Positions 26,690-40,096 of a stretch of 64,000 nucleotides of DNA are shown here, one piece after another. The notes below the pieces were generated by a model. That model worked only from the letters and a program-made list of their open reading frames with translations. It did not search any database and was not told where the DNA came from. This DNA is from Octopus sinensis (lineage: Eukaryota). The stretch's first letter is position 1. Each line of letters starts with the position of its first letter. The DNA lies in contig NC_043014.1 of NCBI RefSeq assembly GCF_006345805.1, positions 21,204,001 to 21,268,000 on the forward strand, given 5' to 3'. The position numbers and the translations under genes were made by a program.

Positions 26690-27030
26690 TTTGTTTACTG
26701 GTCATGCTTCAAGAGTCTTGCGAAGAATTCTTGCAGTTCCAAGCAATGCTGATTTTTGTATGTGTTCTACCTTCACACTTGCAACAATCTTTTTCAGCCA
26801 TTTTGGTGGCTGTGTGATGATGCTTCAAGTGCACCAATTACTATTGATATCACGTCTACTCTCTTCATTGACCAAAACCTTCGTATTTCCCACTTCAAAT
26901 CGTCATAATTGTTTATTTTTTTCTTCTTCTTTCACATTGATCCTGTTGCCACCGGGGCATGCTATGTCGATTATCATGCATGTTGTTTCTTTTTATTCTC
27001 CACAATAATGTCCGCTTTCCAATGTTTGAT
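26690..27030 (-). mobile_element. R4/Dong 3' fragment (REL endonuclease)
   Basis: Minus strand resembles IIDIACP..IVIGALG..IQKSALLGTARILRK; its tail merges into the (TAT)n at 26455-26612. Confidence 0.75.
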
Positions 27031-27446
27031 CGGGTGATTGCACAGGATCGTTGCATCCCACAGAATTTTGTAATTCTCATTTTCGGTGAATCTCATATCA
27101 AGATAAACAGCGCATGACCTAGCAGGTGAGGCCCATTTAAAATCTCCTGCACGTCGAGTAACCCATCCCGCTCAAAAGGTCCCTGAATAAGGTTTGTTTA
27201 AGGACGTTGAACAAAACACCCCAAATAATTCCTCCCAACACATGACTATAATGCTCCCCCACTACGTCTGCTCATGATCAGAGATGCACATATCATGAGT
27301 CACTAAGGGACATGCTGAACTGGTTAAGGTCAAGCAAGTGACAAGCAAATCTGTGGTATTGAGCAGAAAATTTGCTGTAGCTCATCTTTTGATAACACTT
27401 TCAATCACTTAAGACCAGAAGCCATAAGAACCACCGCCTTGTACTG

Positions 27447-27509
<63 letters not shown>

Positions 27510-27643
27510 CATCATTATTATTATTATTATTATAGTCAATAATCTACATCAGTAACTGAAGGGCTTAAAATTTCGTACTGAAGTGTTTACCAAATTTTAT
27601 AGGCTGATTTTTGTATGCTTCGCATATATAAACGTGGTGTCTA

Positions 27644-28531
27644 CGTGGTCTGATCAATAGTTTCCGGACTGTTGCAGTAATAACGAAGCTAAAGCACACA
27701 GAGTGAAACTGCTTGGCTCAGATTGACCTTCAATTTTTCTGTGCATGCGCACTAAGTTTTAACGTTCTAGCTCACTTTCGCTGTTTACAACAATGCTTGG
27801 AAGGAAAGTGTGTTGTGTGTGATCGTCGCATTGACCATGATAGAGAAAGTTGAGCAGAGCATATGCATCACATTTTGCCAAATGCTTGGCAATACCTGCT
27901 CAGAGGCCTCCGCAAAGTTTTCAAAACGTTTTCATCATTCTCGACACAATCAAGATCTTGTGCAATTGAAACCCGAGTATTTTTGGTCAATTGAAAGCAT
28001 TTTTGACACAAACTTGGCGGACATGCATTTCATATCCAAATCTTCATTGATAATGAACTGAACTGAACCATAACTAATCTGCACATCTTCTGATAACTCA
28101 TGGATGGTAATTCGACGATTTTCCCTCAGAGTGCACGCACATCTACGATGTTTTTCTCAGTTCTGCTGTATCCGGGTCTCTGAGAATGTTCGTCAATATC
28201 GACAATTTTTCGGTCATCTTGGAAACGTCTGAACCACTCGTACACTTGTATGTGTCTCATACACTCCTCCCCATAAACTTTCTGCAACTTCGCGCAGGCC
28301 TCTGAGCGGGTATCGCCATGAGAACGTCCTTTGTCATGGTCAAAGCGACGATCACACACTACACACCTTCCTTCCAAGCACTGCTGAGAAGAGCGAAAGT
28401 GAGCTAGAACGTTAAAACTTAATGAGCATGCACAGCAGGGTTCACAGTCATTTTCTTCCAACCAGTTTTACTCTGCATGCTTTAGTTCCGCTACTATGGC
28501 AACAGTCCGGATACTTATTGATCAGACATCG
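27644..28531. mobile_element. mariner derivative made of two 5' ends in inverted orientation
   Basis: TA flanks; TIRs cgtggtctgatcaatag / ttattgatcagacatcg; + arm encodes MIEKVEQSICITFCQMLG, - arm encodes AKLQKVYGEECM..VYEWFRRF..RP (mariner HTH). Confidence 0.85.
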
Positions 28532-28651
28532 TATGATACACACACTGATAGTGTTCTTATTTAAATACTTTGATCCTATTGGATCAGGCAAATAATTAAT
28601 TATTTACTTTAAATATACTTTTTATACATGTATGTATACACACAGTCTCTC

Positions 28652-28702
<51 letters not shown>

Positions 28703-30239
28703 CTCTTTCTCGGATATACGAGTAATGCAGAGTTCCAACCTTGTTGCTTGTACCACCCAGATTCTACCTCACGAATGCATTAAGTGCAGACGTACCTTTG
28801 AAATACTCAGCCATTTACCACAATTATTTCACAAATAGAAAATCACCACTTTCGACAACTGAATGCCCGTCGTCAAAGACAATGAAGAATCTATGGAGTA
28901 TAAATATAGAGTATAAATACTCTATATTTTTATCGATTCCACAACTGTACTCCATGTTCTGCCTATTATCTAACTTTACTCTGTATACTAAGCTCTTACA
29001 CTCTTTCCGGCACGGTTCCAGTTGATCCGATGAACGGAACAGCCTGCTGTGAAATGAACGGGCAAGTGGATGAGCACTCCACAGATCTACGTACCCATAA
29101 CCTAGATTCAGGGAGATTCAGCGAAACACAGAACGTGACAAGGTTGGTCCTTTGAAAAACCGGTGCAACTAATTTTTGTCAGCTGGGTGGAATAGAGCAG
29201 CATGGAATAAATGGCCTTGCCCAAGGACACAACGCGCTACCGGGAATCGAAATCATAACCTTACGATCGTGAGTTGAATACTGCTAACCTTCAGCCTAGC
29301 CCATATGCATTTTTGCTCTATATTCTCTGTTCTCTAACTTTACTCCACATTATACACATTACGTAATATTTCTACAACTAAAACGTCTTCCCCTATAAAC
29401 ACATAAATGACAAAAATATTAGTAGCTATTATTTCCAATTGATAATCATTTTTCCTTTACACCCTTCAGTAACCGACGCATTAATTCATACGAAAATAAA
29501 AATAACGATTGTTATTAATGGCCATAAAGATCGAAGGACGTTGGAAGCGGCACAAGAGTGAAATCGATAAAAATGAACGTCAACATAAATAAACGACGAC
29601 ATGGGATCTAGTTAACCAGATCAACAGAACGGCGTACTCGTGAAATTAACGTGCAAGTGGCTGAGCACTCCACAAACACGCGTACCCTTAAAGTGGTTCT
29701 CAGGGAGAGAGTGAAATCAAAGGTAATTCTCAGTAAGAGGGTGAAATCAAATGTAAGGATTTCTAACATAGGTACAATACCGAGATAAAGAGAAGAATGG
29801 ATAAAAAGACCTCAGCGCTTGGCTAGTGTTTTACTTTATCGACCCCGGGTGGATAAAAGGCAAAGTTGACCCAGGAAGGATTCGAAATCATTTTAAAGTT
29901 GTTCAAGTCCCAGCCAAGCCATTTTTAGCTTCCAAATTCGCCGGCATGATGAGTATTACAAATTTTTAAATAGGTACATGGACACTTGGCAAGGGAACAG
30001 TTGACTACAACGACCCCAGAACTTGAGGGATGCTTTATCGTATCGATCCAGGGTGGGGGAAGAGGAACGAAAAGCAAATTCGACCTCAGGGCACAAACTT
30101 CAACTATCCTGGGTTTTTCATTTAACACCCATACCCACACAAATACGCATACATACAGGTGTGCATGTATATGTAATCTATGTATATATGTAACATTTGT
30201 TTGTATATATACATATATATGTGTGTGTGTACGCGTGTG

Positions 30240-30286
<47 letters not shown>

Positions 30287-30318
30287 TATGTAATGTATGT
30301 ATTGTGTCTATGTATATT

Positions 30319-30542
30319 CAGGGTTGACCAAAAGTCACCCACAGTAAATCAAAATTCCATAAATACTTAATGTTCAATCTTATTTATTCTTTCCAATTAT
30401 GAATATTTAATAATTGAATGCTGTGAGTTTAAATTGCTGTTTCTTTCAACATTTGTCTATTTATTAGCGAAGTCTCGTAGAAAATAATTTTTTGGAATTA
30501 CATGGTTTTGATTTACTGTCTGGTGACTTTTCGCCAACCCTG
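30319..30542. mobile_element. Tc1/mariner-type MITE (224 bp, ~40-bp TIRs)
   Basis: cagggttgaccaaaagtcaccc.. / ..ggtgacttttcgccaaccctg followed by TA. Confidence 0.8.
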
Positions 30543-30701
30543 TATATACACGCACACACACATACATACACCCACACATATGTATATATATACATATATA
30601 TATTATAAATAATATATATATATATGTATGCATGTATGTATGTATGTATATATATATATTATAATATATAATATATATATATATATATTATATATATATA
30701 T

Positions 30702-30734
<33 letters not shown>

Positions 30735-30754
30735 CATGTGTGTATGTGTGTGTG

Positions 30755-31160
30755 TACAGGACGTTACCACAGTAAACAACATGAAATATGAAAACAAATG
30801 AGTTAAATACGCAAATAACGAGAGAAGAAAAGGACAAGTAATACAAAGAATGGCCCTTCATCAGTTGTTTGCTGTCTGTCTACTCCCCATTTCGAACAAT
30901 CAACGACAATATGAGTCTTTGAAGACAGTTGCTCCCATAAATACGAAAATAAAATTTTGGATTTATGGAGGGTCAAAGTTAAAAACAAAAAAAGTGACAG
31001 TGGAGACATACAAGGAAACCGAACGAAAACAAACATGAAAGATCGTTAGACCCGAACGAGGGGAAAATAGTGAACGCTGAGAGAAATATTTTCTTTGAAA
31101 AGAAAAAAAAATAGAAAATAGAGATAGGGTACGTCCAGTCCTTTGAACGTCCATAATATT
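30755..31160. mobile_element. Family A dispersed repeat copy
   Basis: Aligns to 18020-18420; its first ~95 bp recur inverted at 31662-31755. Confidence 0.75.
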
Positions 31161-31196
31161 ATTATTTAATTGAACACCATATATTTCCATATATTT

Positions 31197-31240
<44 letters not shown>

Positions 31241-31251
31241 TATATATATAT

Positions 31252-31363
<112 letters not shown>

Positions 31364-31826
31364 GTGTATGTATGTATGCATGTACATACGTATGTATGTT
31401 TGTATGTGTGTTTGCATGTATGTAATGTATGTATGTATATTTGCATGTATGGGTGTATGTATGTAACTATGTATGTACATATGTATGTTTGTATGTGTGA
31501 GTATGTATGTAATGTATGTATGTATATACGTATGTATGTATGTATGTATGTATACATGTATGTATGTTCTGGGTACGACATGAAATTGCATCAAGAGATG
31601 AGACTCCAGTTCAGGAGTCCTGAAGTCACCTCTTAATTACCAATGCTCCCAAAGCCCTGATCATTCTTTGTATTATTTGTCCTTTTTTCTCTCGTTATTT
31701 GCTTTTTTAACTCATTTGTTTTCGTATTTTTGTTGTTTACTCTTGGTGACGTCCTATATCTATCTATATATATATATATAATATATAATATATATATATT
31801 ATATATATATATTATATATATATATA

Positions 31827-31871
<45 letters not shown>

Positions 31872-31910
31872 TATAATATTATTATTTAATTGAACGGCAC
31901 GCATCCATTT

Positions 31911-31958
<48 letters not shown>

Positions 31959-31959
<1 letters not shown>

Positions 31960-32218
31960 TGTTGTGTCTGGGGAGAGTCATTTTCTTTTTGTGCCTTATA
32001 ATTTAACACACTCACCGGTAAAATTTTCACTTATTTGTTATATACCTAAAATTTTCGTTGCGTCTTGCAACCTTTCCAGTAGTCTTCACTATTGAAAGGG
32101 TTGCAAGACGCAACAAAAATTTTAGGAAAGTAAAAATAAGAAGTAAGTGGAAATTTTACCGGTGAGTGTGTTAAATTATAAGGCACAAAAAGAAAATGAC
32201 TCTCCCCAGATACAACAG
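31959..32218. repeat. Palindromic (fold-back) element, ~120-bp imperfect arms, short loop
   Basis: ctgttgtgtctggggagagtcattttc..gcaacctttc / gaaagggttgc..gaaaatgactctccccagatacaacag. Confidence 0.92.
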
Positions 32219-32277
32219 AATATGCTTCAACACATAAACTCACATAAATCTTGCAAACCAAATCCCAAAACGAAATA

Positions 32278-32310
<33 letters not shown>

Positions 32311-33820
32311 ATATATATATGTATGTCCTGGATATGACATGAAGCTGCATCTAGATGAGGCTCCAGTTCGGGAGTCCTGAAGTTGCGGGGGAGGGGCATG
32401 GAGTCACCCCTTAATTACCATTACTCCCAAGGCCCGTTCTCACTCAGAACGATAGTACCTGTCAGAGTCCCATCCATGAGTTAAATATATTTCCAAGCGG
32501 TAGAGGAGGTTCCAGTTATTTTTGACAAAGTCGTGGGGAAGGCTACTCTTTTACGAGAAAGTTACTCTGATATAAAACTTGCAGTCAAAATAATACCAGT
32601 CACCTTGCAATGAAACCTACTATGGCGACTGAGAGAGAGACAAAAGTATTGTACAAGCTTTTGTCGCTTAAATCCGATGACATACAGATGTCTAGTTATC
32701 TAATGTGAGACAGCTATCATCTGGCAAGATGAGATAATCACATGTATATACTTCAATGAAATAAAAGAACATCAGACAGTACATTTTTAAAAGAAATTTA
32801 AGTTACTGATCTTCTACAATAAATTATATTCAGTTCAAACAGTATTTCGGCATGAAAAGTGCCATTTTCAAAGCTTTAAAGTTTAAAAGAAAAATACAAA
32901 ACAAAATTTAATCTTAACGTAGAGTCAAATGTTCTCAAAATGTCATTTTTCACTAAAAAACGTCTCCTTGACATCACATAATCACTCCCCTCTTCCTTTC
33001 TTTCTTTCTCTCCCTTTTTTATTTCTGCTACTTTCTCCCCCTCTCTCTTCTTTTCTCCCTTTTTCTCTCTCCCTTTCATTCAGTCAGGCTTCCGTGTGAT
33101 GAAAATCTCTAAACTGGGATGAGATTATACAAAATGAGGAGGTAGTTAAATCAATGGAGCAACTGCACGCTCATCATTGAAACTGACGGAAATCCACAAA
33201 CTTATTTGTTTATTTATTTCACTCACGTCTTTGCTGACTTAAACTGAATGTAATGATATATCTGTATTATATGTATTTTACGAGTGTCTTTCTGTATATG
33301 TAAACATGCATGCTGACACAAACAGGTCATAGACAAACACGCATACATACACAAGCACAATTACAAACATGTGTATACGTGTGTGTGTGTGTGTGTTGTG
33401 TGTCTGTCTGTCTGTGCGTGCGCGCGTGAGGGAGGGTGTATAAATTTGTAGTATAAGATATGAACTTAGAAAATCGTGTGGCTGTCACAGAGAGCTCCTC
33501 TGACGGACTCGACTAACACATCACATAGTAATCCAATATATAGGCGTATTGTGCAAAAAGTCCATACGGCTGAAATCTAGATCTGAACGATTAAATTATT
33601 TCATGTGAATTATATAAACCATAAAAAGTCATGAGGTATGAGAGCTATATTTATTTAGTCACTTGACATCCTTAGGGTTACGGCCATTTCTCAGCCTTCT
33701 TCCTGTAGTAATAATTTCATGGTGGAGCAAATTATGGTCATATGTTTACATTAGTATGCATGCTTCACATTATACAATAGAACCGTATATTCTTAAATCA
33801 GTACAGATAAAAGAAAGCCA

Positions 33821-34018
33821 ACTCAGATCACCACAGCATTATGATTAGACCGACGAGTCAACTCTAAGAAAACATAAAAAAATTTTTTAATATATACAAT
33901 GTGTAGATCACTGAAGTTTATCTAGTATCAGTTTTCTATATATTGTATATATAAAGAGAAAATTTTGCGTGTATTCTTAGAGTTGAATCGTTGGTGTAAC
34001 TATGATGATCTGATGAGC
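33821..34018. repeat. Old degenerate palindrome (~80-bp arms)
   Basis: ..gacgagtcaactctaagaaaac..tatatacaat / attgtatata..gtattcttagagttgaatcgtt.. Confidence 0.7.
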
Positions 34019-34938
34019 TAGCTTTTATAATTTATATTGATTTGTTAATATACAATTGTATTATATAATGCTGAGTATGTATATTGATGCATACATGTAA
34101 ACATAATTCATTCTACATTGAAATTATTACTACATGAAGGAGGCTGCGAAACAGCCGTAATCTTAAGGATGTCAAATAGTTAAATAAATGTATTCACTTC
34201 TCATACCTCCTGACTTTTTAAGGTTTATGTGTGTAGTATATATCTATATAACTTTGTGTCTTTGATTTTTCCCTACCACTGCTTGACAAGCCGAGGTGTG
34301 TTTACGTACCGTAACTTGGCGGTTCAGCCAGAGGCCAATAGGTTGAGCAAAAGAGGCTAATAAGTACTAGGGTCGATTCGTTCAACTAAAAATTCTTCAG
34401 GGCGGTGCCCCAGCATGGCCACAGTCTAGTGACTGAAACAAGTAAACGATGAAAGATGTGTATATATTTATGCATCTACACACACACACACGCACACATA
34501 GACATACACATACATATATATTTATATACGTGAGTGTATATATACACACATACGCATATATATACATATGCATATATATACATATGCATATATACACACA
34601 CACACACACACACAGACACACATATATATATATCACGTGATCACGTGACCGACCAGGCTATCAGATTTTGTAACACATCGCATTTGCATTGTTTTAGCCT
34701 TCAAATGATGCTTGAAAGGGGAACGTGAAATGAAGTGTTTTGCTCAAGAACACCACGCACCACCCACTCAAGGAATCGAATCCACGATCGTGAGCGCAAC
34801 AGCCTAACCACTAGGCCACGCGCCTTCGCATATATAGCTATGTATATACATTATGTTTATACATGTATGTTTATATATGTATGTTTATATATATACGTGT
34901 ATACATATATGTATGTGTATATTAAAACACACGCACGC

Positions 34939-35039
<101 letters not shown>

Positions 35040-35936
35040 AGCGAGCGAGAGATTTATAAACACCTAAATAAAATGCCGTAAGCGTGCATATTACCTTCCA
35101 GAGGCCACCGATGCAAAACTCGTTTTCAATTTAATTCTCAATATGGCAGACAAAGAATTTCATAGCCATCCATTTTGGAAAATTTTATGAATAACTTGGT
35201 TTATAAAATCGCGTCTTTATTTTTCTTTTAAACACCTCAATATGAACATTTCACCAAAAACAAGCCACAATGCCACAAAGCCATTGCAAGTCATATTTAA
35301 TCCTGCAGTTATATTTGACCAGGTTCTGCCAATAATAACTGCTTTATTACTTATTCTTCAATCGAACTTTTATTCTGAGCTGATTCTTTGAAAAGATTTA
35401 ATGGCGCTTGTACATTTCCCGTTTCCGGAGTGACTGGCTATTCTCACGCGTGTCGACTTCCGTTTTCAAATCTGGCTTGGAATCATTGCCTTTCAAGCGA
35501 ACCGCTTTTTCAACACTTCTGTTCGTTTGACAATATTTCATATATTATCTGTCTGTCCTTAGGCATTTGTTGAGAAGTGGTGAACTGTTTCGGTTGATAT
35601 TCCATGCAAGTTTGATAACATTTAAATGCGTAACACGCTACTGGCATTCATGAGTGCAATGGTCTCCATGTATATGTATGTGTTTGTGTGTATATGTGTG
35701 GGTGAGTGAATATGTGTATGAGTGTGTGTGCGTGTACGCTTGGGTGTATGTATGTATTTATATATGCATTCATATATGTGTGCTTGTGTGATTGCATATG
35801 CATTTGTCTGTATGAATGTTATTGTAAGTATACAGATATATCAACATATATACGTGTTGTATAACTTACCTCCTTTCCTGAATGCCTACTTACATATCTA
35901 TTTACCTAATTATATAATAAACATCTTGTGTAACTG

Positions 35937-35975
<39 letters not shown>

Positions 35976-36719
35976 GTCTGTCTGTCTGTCTATCTATCTG
36001 CATGTATGTATATATGTCTATATAGGTAGCTCTTTAATTGCACGTCTGTTTATGTATCACTCTGACTCTTCTATATCTATATAACTTTCAATATATCTCT
36101 ATCTATCTGTATACACACTTTTTCTAACTACATCTCTGTCGATATATCTTTCTACTGATGCATTATCTACCTGTATATTTACATATCTACATGACTCTTT
36201 ATCGATCAATATATCTTATTATCCATCAGTGTTTATATTATGGCCTATCAGAAAGTTACCATTGGTTTCACGTCTACCATTGCACTTGGCAACATAAGCA
36301 AGCCATTAGAATTGCTGGCCGAAGGCACATAACCTCTTTCCTAATTGACGTAAAAGTACAAAATGGTCAATTTGGAGGTGATAAAGGATATTAGTGAACA
36401 CCCCAAAATCCTGTGCAGAGGCAGGATACTCATGTAGGATTAGCAGTGAATGTTCAGTAGACGCCAGAAGCAAATCTGAAGATGTGATCTACGAAGCAGA
36501 AGCGGTGTCCAACAGCAGTAGCAACAACAACAGCGGCGGCAGCAACAACAACGTAACGACATACACAGAAATATGTTGGAGCAACAGAAGGCCTCTTTAA
36601 GACCAGATTAAGTAACCATAGGTCCTCTTTTAAGATCCCAGAGAGGTACATCGTTGCGACATTAGCCAACTATATAGAGAGTTTAAAAGATGAGGAAACG
36701 CTATAGAGAATTAACTGAG

Positions 36720-37470
36720 AAACTAGTAGAACCTTCAGCGGAGTCAGGCGGTGCAACTTTGTTTGGACGAGAGGACAATGATCCTAAAAATTTCGTCCAA
36801 TACAGATGCCTTCTTGAATTCAAAAGTGAAATTCTAGTCTGTACCCCGTGATAGAAAATTTAGTCTGGGAACGTGGTCTTCCCCGTTTGCGGACTAGTGA
36901 AACGTACGCGAACTAACCCATTTCGGACACAGCTGGAATAGTTCAAAGGGAAGTAACTCTGTTTCTCCCAGAATGGGCAATTTAGTTTAGGGTATTTGTT
37001 CATTTCAAGGGTGTCTTTCACTACTAAACTGACCAAGACTGTATTTTTACCTTTATTAGTAAAGAGATTATTCTCCGGCCAGCGGGTCTGATGGATCGTT
37101 TATATTGTCAAGTGCAATAGTAGACGTGAAACCAATGGAAACTTTCTGACTAGCCATAATCAAGGATATACTATTCAACAACATAAAATATAGCCGCTCA
37201 AACAATTTTTATATCAAAAATATGTGGTCGTCTACTTAAATTTGGTTGACGTAAACTTTGCAAAAACCCGTCGGTCTACGGTACTTAACGTTGGGGGTAG
37301 CTTTAATTTGTCACCCATTTTCACACAACCGCCAGGTCCTTGGGTACTGTAAGTGAAAACCACAATATTACAATCATTCAAATAAGGCTGGTAATTCATT
37401 TTGTCAGTGCCGGATGACCCACAAATAAGTCATTGATACTGCTTAACTTTTCATTCAGTATATATAGCCG
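36720..37470 (-). mobile_element. Possible degraded non-autonomous Helitron
   Basis: On the minus strand it ends ..gaaggttctaCTAG|t after a weak GC-rich hairpin and begins (g)ctatatata; termini imperfect. Confidence 0.3.
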
Positions 37471-37609
37471 AGCCTCCGAAAGTCACATTAAACAACAGAT
37501 CTACGCCTGGTCAGATGTGATATTCCAGTTGATATTCGGTTGATATTCCAGTTGATATTCGGTTGATATTCCAGTAGATGCCCATGCATGCAAGTTAAAA
37601 TAAGATACC

Positions 37610-39480
37610 AGTCAAGTACCGTGGTCGGTTTTTGCTTACTTTTCCCAGGGCTCCGACGATTATTGATACTACTGCTACCTTTTTCATCAACCACAACTGC
37701 TTAACTTCCCAAGCTAACCTGTCATATCTCGCGACATCATTACTATAATAATAATTATTATTATTTTATTGTCATTGCACAGCTTCTAACGCTGGAGATG
37801 TACTGCGGTGTCAGTTGTTCACAACCAGTGAACTAAAATAACACCTCTTATTTTTCGAGCACCTTCCGGAGTATTTGGGCGGTTCCAAGCAGTGCTGTTT
37901 TCTGCAAGTGCTCCACCCTTATTACAGCCCCTATTTGTTCCACGTACTTCTCAAGATTTTACTCACTGTTCCCAGGGCTCCGACAATTATTAGTATTACT
38001 ACCACCTTTTTCAGCGACCATAACTGCTTAACCTTCCAAGCTAACCTGTTATATCTATCAACATTTCTTTCATCCTTTTCCCATACCTTGTTGTCAGATG
38101 GGCATGCTATATCTATGATCCAGCATCGTTTGCTTTCTTTCTCAATTAACACTATGGCTGGTTATCTATTCTCTTTCTCATGGTCACACTGAATCATAAA
38201 GTCCCATAGGATCTTTGCATTATTATTTTCGAAGATGCCTTCGGGTTTATGTCCATACTACTTTTTTGCTCTGTCAAGTCGATACTTGTTGAAAAGTGTC
38301 CAATGGAAAATCCTGGCTATGTTGTCATGACGTCTCTTATATTCTTTATGGGCTAGTGGCGTACATTGACAGGTAATATGCCATACGGTTTAATCATTTT
38401 GTCCACAAATTCTGCGCTTATCACTTTCTGATGTTGTCTATTCTGTATTTGATGTAATTCGTTCTTAGTGCTTCCTCTTGGGCAGCACAGATTAGAGCCT
38501 CTGTTTCCGATTTTAAATCATTCTTAGTCATCCATAGCCATCTTTTTCCTCTGTCTGTCTTACCTTTAACATCTCGATGAAATTATCCATACATTCTTTT
38601 CTTTATCCACCTATTTTCAATTTCATTCATTCTCAAGTGCTTGTACAGTGCTTTATCTTTGCAATCTTCCATCCTGCACAAGCCTGACCTTACTTCCAAT
38701 AATAGTGGTTCCGTGGCATTTTTTACATGCCATACTATGTTGTTTTTTTTCTGTTCTAATGCTGTGTTTGCATTCAATCAGTCCTCTTCCCTCTTTTTCT
38801 TGGTACATACAGTCTGTCCGTGTCAATTTTTGGGTGGAGTATCCTATATCTAGTCAGCAACTTTCTTGTCTTACTGTCTAAGCTGTTTAGTTCGTCTACT
38901 GTCCATACGATTACCCCTGCTCTATATATAAGGAGTGAAACCACCCAGGTTTTGATAGCTTCAATCTTATTCCGTCCGTTTAATTTCGACTTAAAGATCA
39001 GTCTCAGTCTGCTCAAGTACTCCACCTTAAATTTTTCTGTCATTCCTTTCTTCATCAGTTTATCCATTTCCAATATCCCCTAGTACTTATAGCCCGTCTC
39101 TTCTATCTGCTTCATAACCTCCCCCGACGGTATCGCTAGCCCGTCCATACATTTGATTTTGCTTCTCTTCAAGTCTAACGCACCACACTTTTTCAGTCCG
39201 AACTCCATTCTGATATCAGCACTGATACACTGTATCAACAAGGCAACTAACTTGGGATTTATCTTTACCATAAAGTTTGAGGTCAGCCATACATAACATG
39301 TGGTTGACTTTTCGTTGACGGCTTTTGAATACATACCCAGCCTTTGCTTTCCTCAGAATCAGTGTTAGTGGTATCATGCACAGTACAAAGATCAGTGGAG
39401 ACAGGCAGTCTCCTTGGAAGATGCCTCTCCTGATTTCTATTGTCCATAAACTTTTTCCATATGCTGTCAGTTCCGTTTAT
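37610..39480 (-). mobile_element. R4/Dong fragment(s): RT C-terminus to REL and 3' UTR, with a duplicated 3' piece at 37610-37740
   Basis: FGLKKCG..YKY, YLSRLRLIFKSKLNGRNKIEAI..LDSKTRKLL, WIIDIACPSD..IIVGALG; abuts (TAT)n on both sides. Confidence 0.85.
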
Positions 39481-39482
39481 CA

Positions 39483-39541
<59 letters not shown>

Positions 39542-39959
39542 GCCATTATTTCGTCCATCTTCACGTTCTAAGTTGAAATTCCTTGGAAGTCGACTTTGCC
39601 TTTAATCCTTTCGGGGTCGATAAAGTGCGAACATTGAGGTCGATTTAATCGATTTACCTACTCCCACAAAATTTCAGGCTTTATACATATAGTAGAAAGG
39701 TTTGTCACCATTAATTGCTGGTGATATTCACCACTGCGCCGCCACCACCACAACCGATTCGCCACCCAGCAATCAAGCTTAATTACTAAATATCTCACAT
39801 CACTTTAACAACGCTTTTCATCACTCTGTCAACATGAAATGACTTGCACATCCATACATAATCCACCATTTATATGTCATACACATTAACACACAAACAT
39901 ACATCACACACATACACACATGCATACGTACGTACGTACATACATACAAACATACATAC

Positions 39960-40096
39960 ATACATACATACACACATACATACATACATACATACATACA
40001 TACATACATACATACATACATACATACATACATACATACATACATACATACATACATACATACATACATACATACATACATACATACATACATACA
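39960..40096. repeat. (ACAT)n tetranucleotide microsatellite
   Basis: Long near-perfect run; one of many (also 9640-9697, 42580-42706, 46500-46580). Confidence 0.97.

Noticed and set aside
37519-37575. 23-bp tandem repeat (gatattccagttgatattcggtt, about 2.4 copies), superficially array-like
   Set aside because: No spacers, eukaryotic context; a simple local duplication, not CRISPR.
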